49,051 nucleotides of DNA, taken from contig JACMME010000147.1 of NCBI GenBank assembly GCA_014379205.1, forward strand, positions 1-49,051, in the 5' to 3' direction. Origin of the DNA: Gemmatimonadaceae bacterium (GTDB lineage Bacteria; Gemmatimonadota; Gemmatimonadetes; Gemmatimonadales; Gemmatimonadaceae). Under the pieces are notes generated by a model. That model made no database searches. It was given only the letters and a program-made list of their open reading frames with translations, and had not been told where the DNA came from. Below are positions 46,804 through 49,051 of the stretch, piece by piece (position 1 is the first letter of the stretch; each line of letters begins with the position of its first letter). The position numbers were made by a program, and so were the translations under genes.

Positions 46804-46822
46804 GAGTGGGGGATGGGGAGTC
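46804..46822. repeat. G-tract motif GGGAGTGGGGGATGGGGAG immediately 3' of the stop.
   Basis: The same motif occurs at 1374-1397, 15231-15256 and, in degenerate form, at 17061-17090. Confidence 0.5.
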
Positions 46823-46865
46823 GTTGAGCGGACCTGTTGCATTCCCGGGGACCCGAACACCGCGG

Positions 46866-46913
46866 TGTGCCAACCGGGCACCGTGCACCGGGCACCGAAC
46901 ACCTGACTCGTTG
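46866..46913. repeat. Dispersed repeat of about 50 bp, an inverted copy of the GGTGCCC-type element at 33056-33115.
   Basis: The reverse complement is about 90% identical to ggtgctcggtgcccggtgcccggtgcgcggttggcactgcgcggtgttcgggg. Confidence 0.6.
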
Positions 46914-46962
46914 CGGAACTCCAAAGAGAAGACGAACGCCAAGCCACCAGGGAGCTTCACCG

Positions 46963-48819
46963 ATGCACGCTAATCGCAGCTTTAAATACCTCGCCGGAAT
47001 TTTGCTGTCGGCTTCAGCCAGCCAGGCTCAGTTGCCTGCTGCTTATGCACCTCTCGACGCATACGTCGAAAAGGCGATGAAGGACTGGGAGGTTCCCGGC
47101 GCCGCGATCGCCATTGTCAAAGGCGACTCGGTGATCTATGCGAAAGGCTTTGGTGTTCGCGCCATCGGCAAACCCGACAAAGTGGACGCGCGCACCATCT
47201 TTGCCATCGGTTCGGCTTCGAAGGCGTTCACCGGGGCCGGTGTCGCGATGCTGGTAGATGAAGGGAAGATCCGCTGGGATGATCCCGTCACCCAGCACCT
47301 GCCCGGCTTTCAGATGTACGACGCGTATGCGACACGCGAGCTCCGGGTGCGCGACATCCTTTCACATCGGAGTGGCCTCGCGCGCGGTGATCTCGTCTGG
47401 TACGCGTCCTCGATCGACCGTGACGAGATTCTGCGCAGGGTGCGCTATCTCAAGCCCTCGTGGAGTCTCAGATCCAACTTCGGCTACCAGAACATCATGT
47501 TCGTGGCGGCAGGTCAGATTACCGCGACTGTGGCAAAACAGTCGTGGGATGATTTCATGCGCGACCGACTGTTCGTACCACTCGGAATGACTGAGACAAA
47601 CACGACCGTTCGGGAGATTTCAAAGTTGGCGAACGTCGCGACACCGCATGCCAGAATCGACGACACGCTACGTGTGATCGCATGGCGGAACATCGACAAC
47701 GCGGGACCTGCAGGCTCGATCAATTCCAATGTCACCGACATGGCCAAGTGGGTGCAATTCCAGCTCGACAGCGGCAAGGTGGGCAAGAAGTCGCTTCTCA
47801 CCGCGGCATCCTTCGTCGAAACGCACACTCCTCATACGATCATTCCGCGTAACACCCAGGCGCGAACCCTCAATCCGTTCACGCACTACGTGAGTTACGG
47901 TTTCGGATGGTTTCTGGAAGACTACCGTGGCCGGGAAGTGGTGCACCACGGCGGCAACATCGATGGAATGAGCGCTCTCGTGGCAATGATGCCCGAGGAA
48001 GATCTCGGGGTAGTCATTCTGACGAACATGAACGGTACGGCGCTCACCAGCGTACTCATGCGCAAGATCTTCGACCTGCATCTTGGCGCGCCGGCAAAGG
48101 ACTGGAGTGCCGACGTACTCAAGCTTGCGAAGGCGCAGGAGGTGCAGGCGAAGGCGGTGCAAAAGAAGAAGGAGGAGGGACGGGCAAAGGGGACGAAGCC
48201 AAGTCTGGCGCTCGCCAAGTACGTTGGTACCTACAACGACAGTCTGTATGGCCAGGTAAATGTGAAGATGGAAAAGGACCATCTCGTGCTCACATCAGGT
48301 CCCGGATTCATTGGAGATCTCGAGCACTGGCATCACAACACCTTCCGCGCCAACTGGCGTGACCGCGCCATAGGGAAGTTTCTGCTGGCCTTCACGCTAA
48401 GCACCGCCGGAGAGGTGGATGGTCTGAAGTTCGAGCAGGGACCGGGTGCGATCGCCGAAGAGGCACCTGACTATCGCAAGATCGCCGACCCGGCCGACAC
48501 TGTGGCGAAGGTGCAGATCGCAAAGGCGGACCTCGAGAAGTTTGTCGGGTCCTGGGAATCCACGACACCGCCACTTACGCTCACGGTCGACCTGATCGGC
48601 GACGAGCTCAAGCTCACGGTGCCAGGACAGCCAGTTTACACTCTCGTGGCCATGACCTCATCGCGTTTCAAGCTGACGGGACCCACACCAATGCCGGCAG
48701 GGTTCTTCGTGGAGTACAGCATCGAAGGGGGGAGCGCGAAAGGCATGAAGTTGGAGCAACCAGCGCCCCAGCCGACCATGAATTTCGTGCGCGCCAACAA
48801 CGTGCGCGCCAACAAGTAG
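46963..48819 (+). CDS. Secreted serine hydrolase with a class C beta-lactamase fold (PBP/D-aminopeptidase-like) and a C-terminal lipocalin-like beta-barrel extension.
   Basis: The internal ATG has an AGGGAG SD 8 nt upstream. A signal peptide is present. The SxxK motif (SASK) lies in FAIGSASKAFTGAGVAMLVDEGKI. The roughly 200-aa C-terminal beta-rich domain is as in D-aminopeptidase-type proteins. Confidence 0.7.
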   Translation: MHANRSFKYLAGILLSASASQAQLPAAYAPLDAYVEKAMKDWEVPGAAIAIVKGDSVIYAKGFGVRAIGKPDKVDARTIFAIGSASKAFTGAGVAMLVDEGKIRWDDPVTQHLPGFQMYDAYATRELRVRDILSHRSGLARGDLVWYASSIDRDEILRRVRYLKPSWSLRSNFGYQNIMFVAAGQITATVAKQSWDDFMRDRLFVPLGMTETNTTVREISKLANVATPHARIDDTLRVIAWRNIDNAGPAGSINSNVTDMAKWVQFQLDSGKVGKKSLLTAASFVETHTPHTIIPRNTQARTLNPFTHYVSYGFGWFLEDYRGREVVHHGGNIDGMSALVAMMPEEDLGVVILTNMNGTALTSVLMRKIFDLHLGAPAKDWSADVLKLAKAQEVQAKAVQKKKEEGRAKGTKPSLALAKYVGTYNDSLYGQVNVKMEKDHLVLTSGPGFIGDLEHWHHNTFRANWRDRAIGKFLLAFTLSTAGEVDGLKFEQGPGAIAEEAPDYRKIADPADTVAKVQIAKADLEKFVGSWESTTPPLTLTVDLIGDELKLTVPGQPVYTLVAMTSSRFKLTGPTPMPAGFFVEYSIEGGSAKGMKLEQPAPQPTMNFVRANNVRANK

Positions 48820-49051
48820 ATCTTCGTCGTCGGGCAGGTGCAGTCGGTATCCGCGCGGCCACGCCGTCGCAATAAAGCGTGACGCGATCTTTCCCGCGCA
48901 CGGCTGTCCTCCGTTCTGGCATCAAGACGGGAAGGTTATAACGGATGCTTTGGAAACAACGGATCACAGGGATTGCTCCGTTGGTGGTGAGAGCGACATC
49001 GCCGCACGAGTCGATCCGTATGATCCGTTGTTTACGTAGAATAGGTATAAC

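Overview
High-GC (roughly 65%) chromosomal segment from a Gram-negative-type bacterium. The evidence for that is the TonB-dependent receptors and many lipobox lipoproteins; the gene content is reminiscent of Gemmatimonadota or Acidobacteriota, but this cannot be verified from the sequence alone. I call about 33 protein-coding genes and find no rRNA, tRNA, CRISPR array, IS element or prophage. Content from 5' to 3' is as follows. (1) The C-terminal half of an M16 peptidase, a membrane-fused spermidine-synthase-like protein, a small degenerate GGDEF protein, a TPR protein, and then a tightly linked TonB-dependent receptor, NfeD and flotillin block. (2) An APC amino-acid permease. (3) A four-gene translationally coupled minus-strand operon encoding a kinase-domain-only Ser/Thr kinase, a GNAT acyltransferase, an N-succinyl/N-acyl amino acid racemase of the enolase superfamily, and an M20 amidohydrolase. 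(4) An Fpg/MutM glycosylase and a secreted M20 amidohydrolase. (5) A roughly 18 kb beta-glucan utilisation locus. It comprises an orphan MalK-like ABC ATPase, a GH1 beta-glucosidase, a large GH94 phosphorylase with a duplicated N-terminal domain, a 1100+ aa (alpha/alpha)6-type GH with CBM and discoidin domains, a CUT1 solute-binding protein with two permeases, an (alpha/alpha)6 lipoprotein that may be a GH144-like beta-1,2-glucanase, a CarboxypepD_reg-type TonB receptor, and a LacI regulator with two perfect LacI-type operators. (6) A BNR/sortilin-like beta-propeller protein, two tandem paralogous secreted EF-hand-like proteins, a lipoprotein D-aminoacylase and a class C beta-lactamase-fold or D-aminopeptidase-like serine hydrolase. 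Non-coding highlights are a family of tandem heptamer arrays, often in inverted pairs and in two places read through by the longest ORFs at gene starts, together with a dispersed roughly 58-bp inverted repeat, a recurrent G-tract motif 3' of genes, and an orphan plus-strand intrinsic terminator preceded by two identical hairpins that may mark a small RNA. The ORF table and my reading of the line numbering disagree by 1 nt in places, so hand-called repeat coordinates may be off by 1-2 nt.
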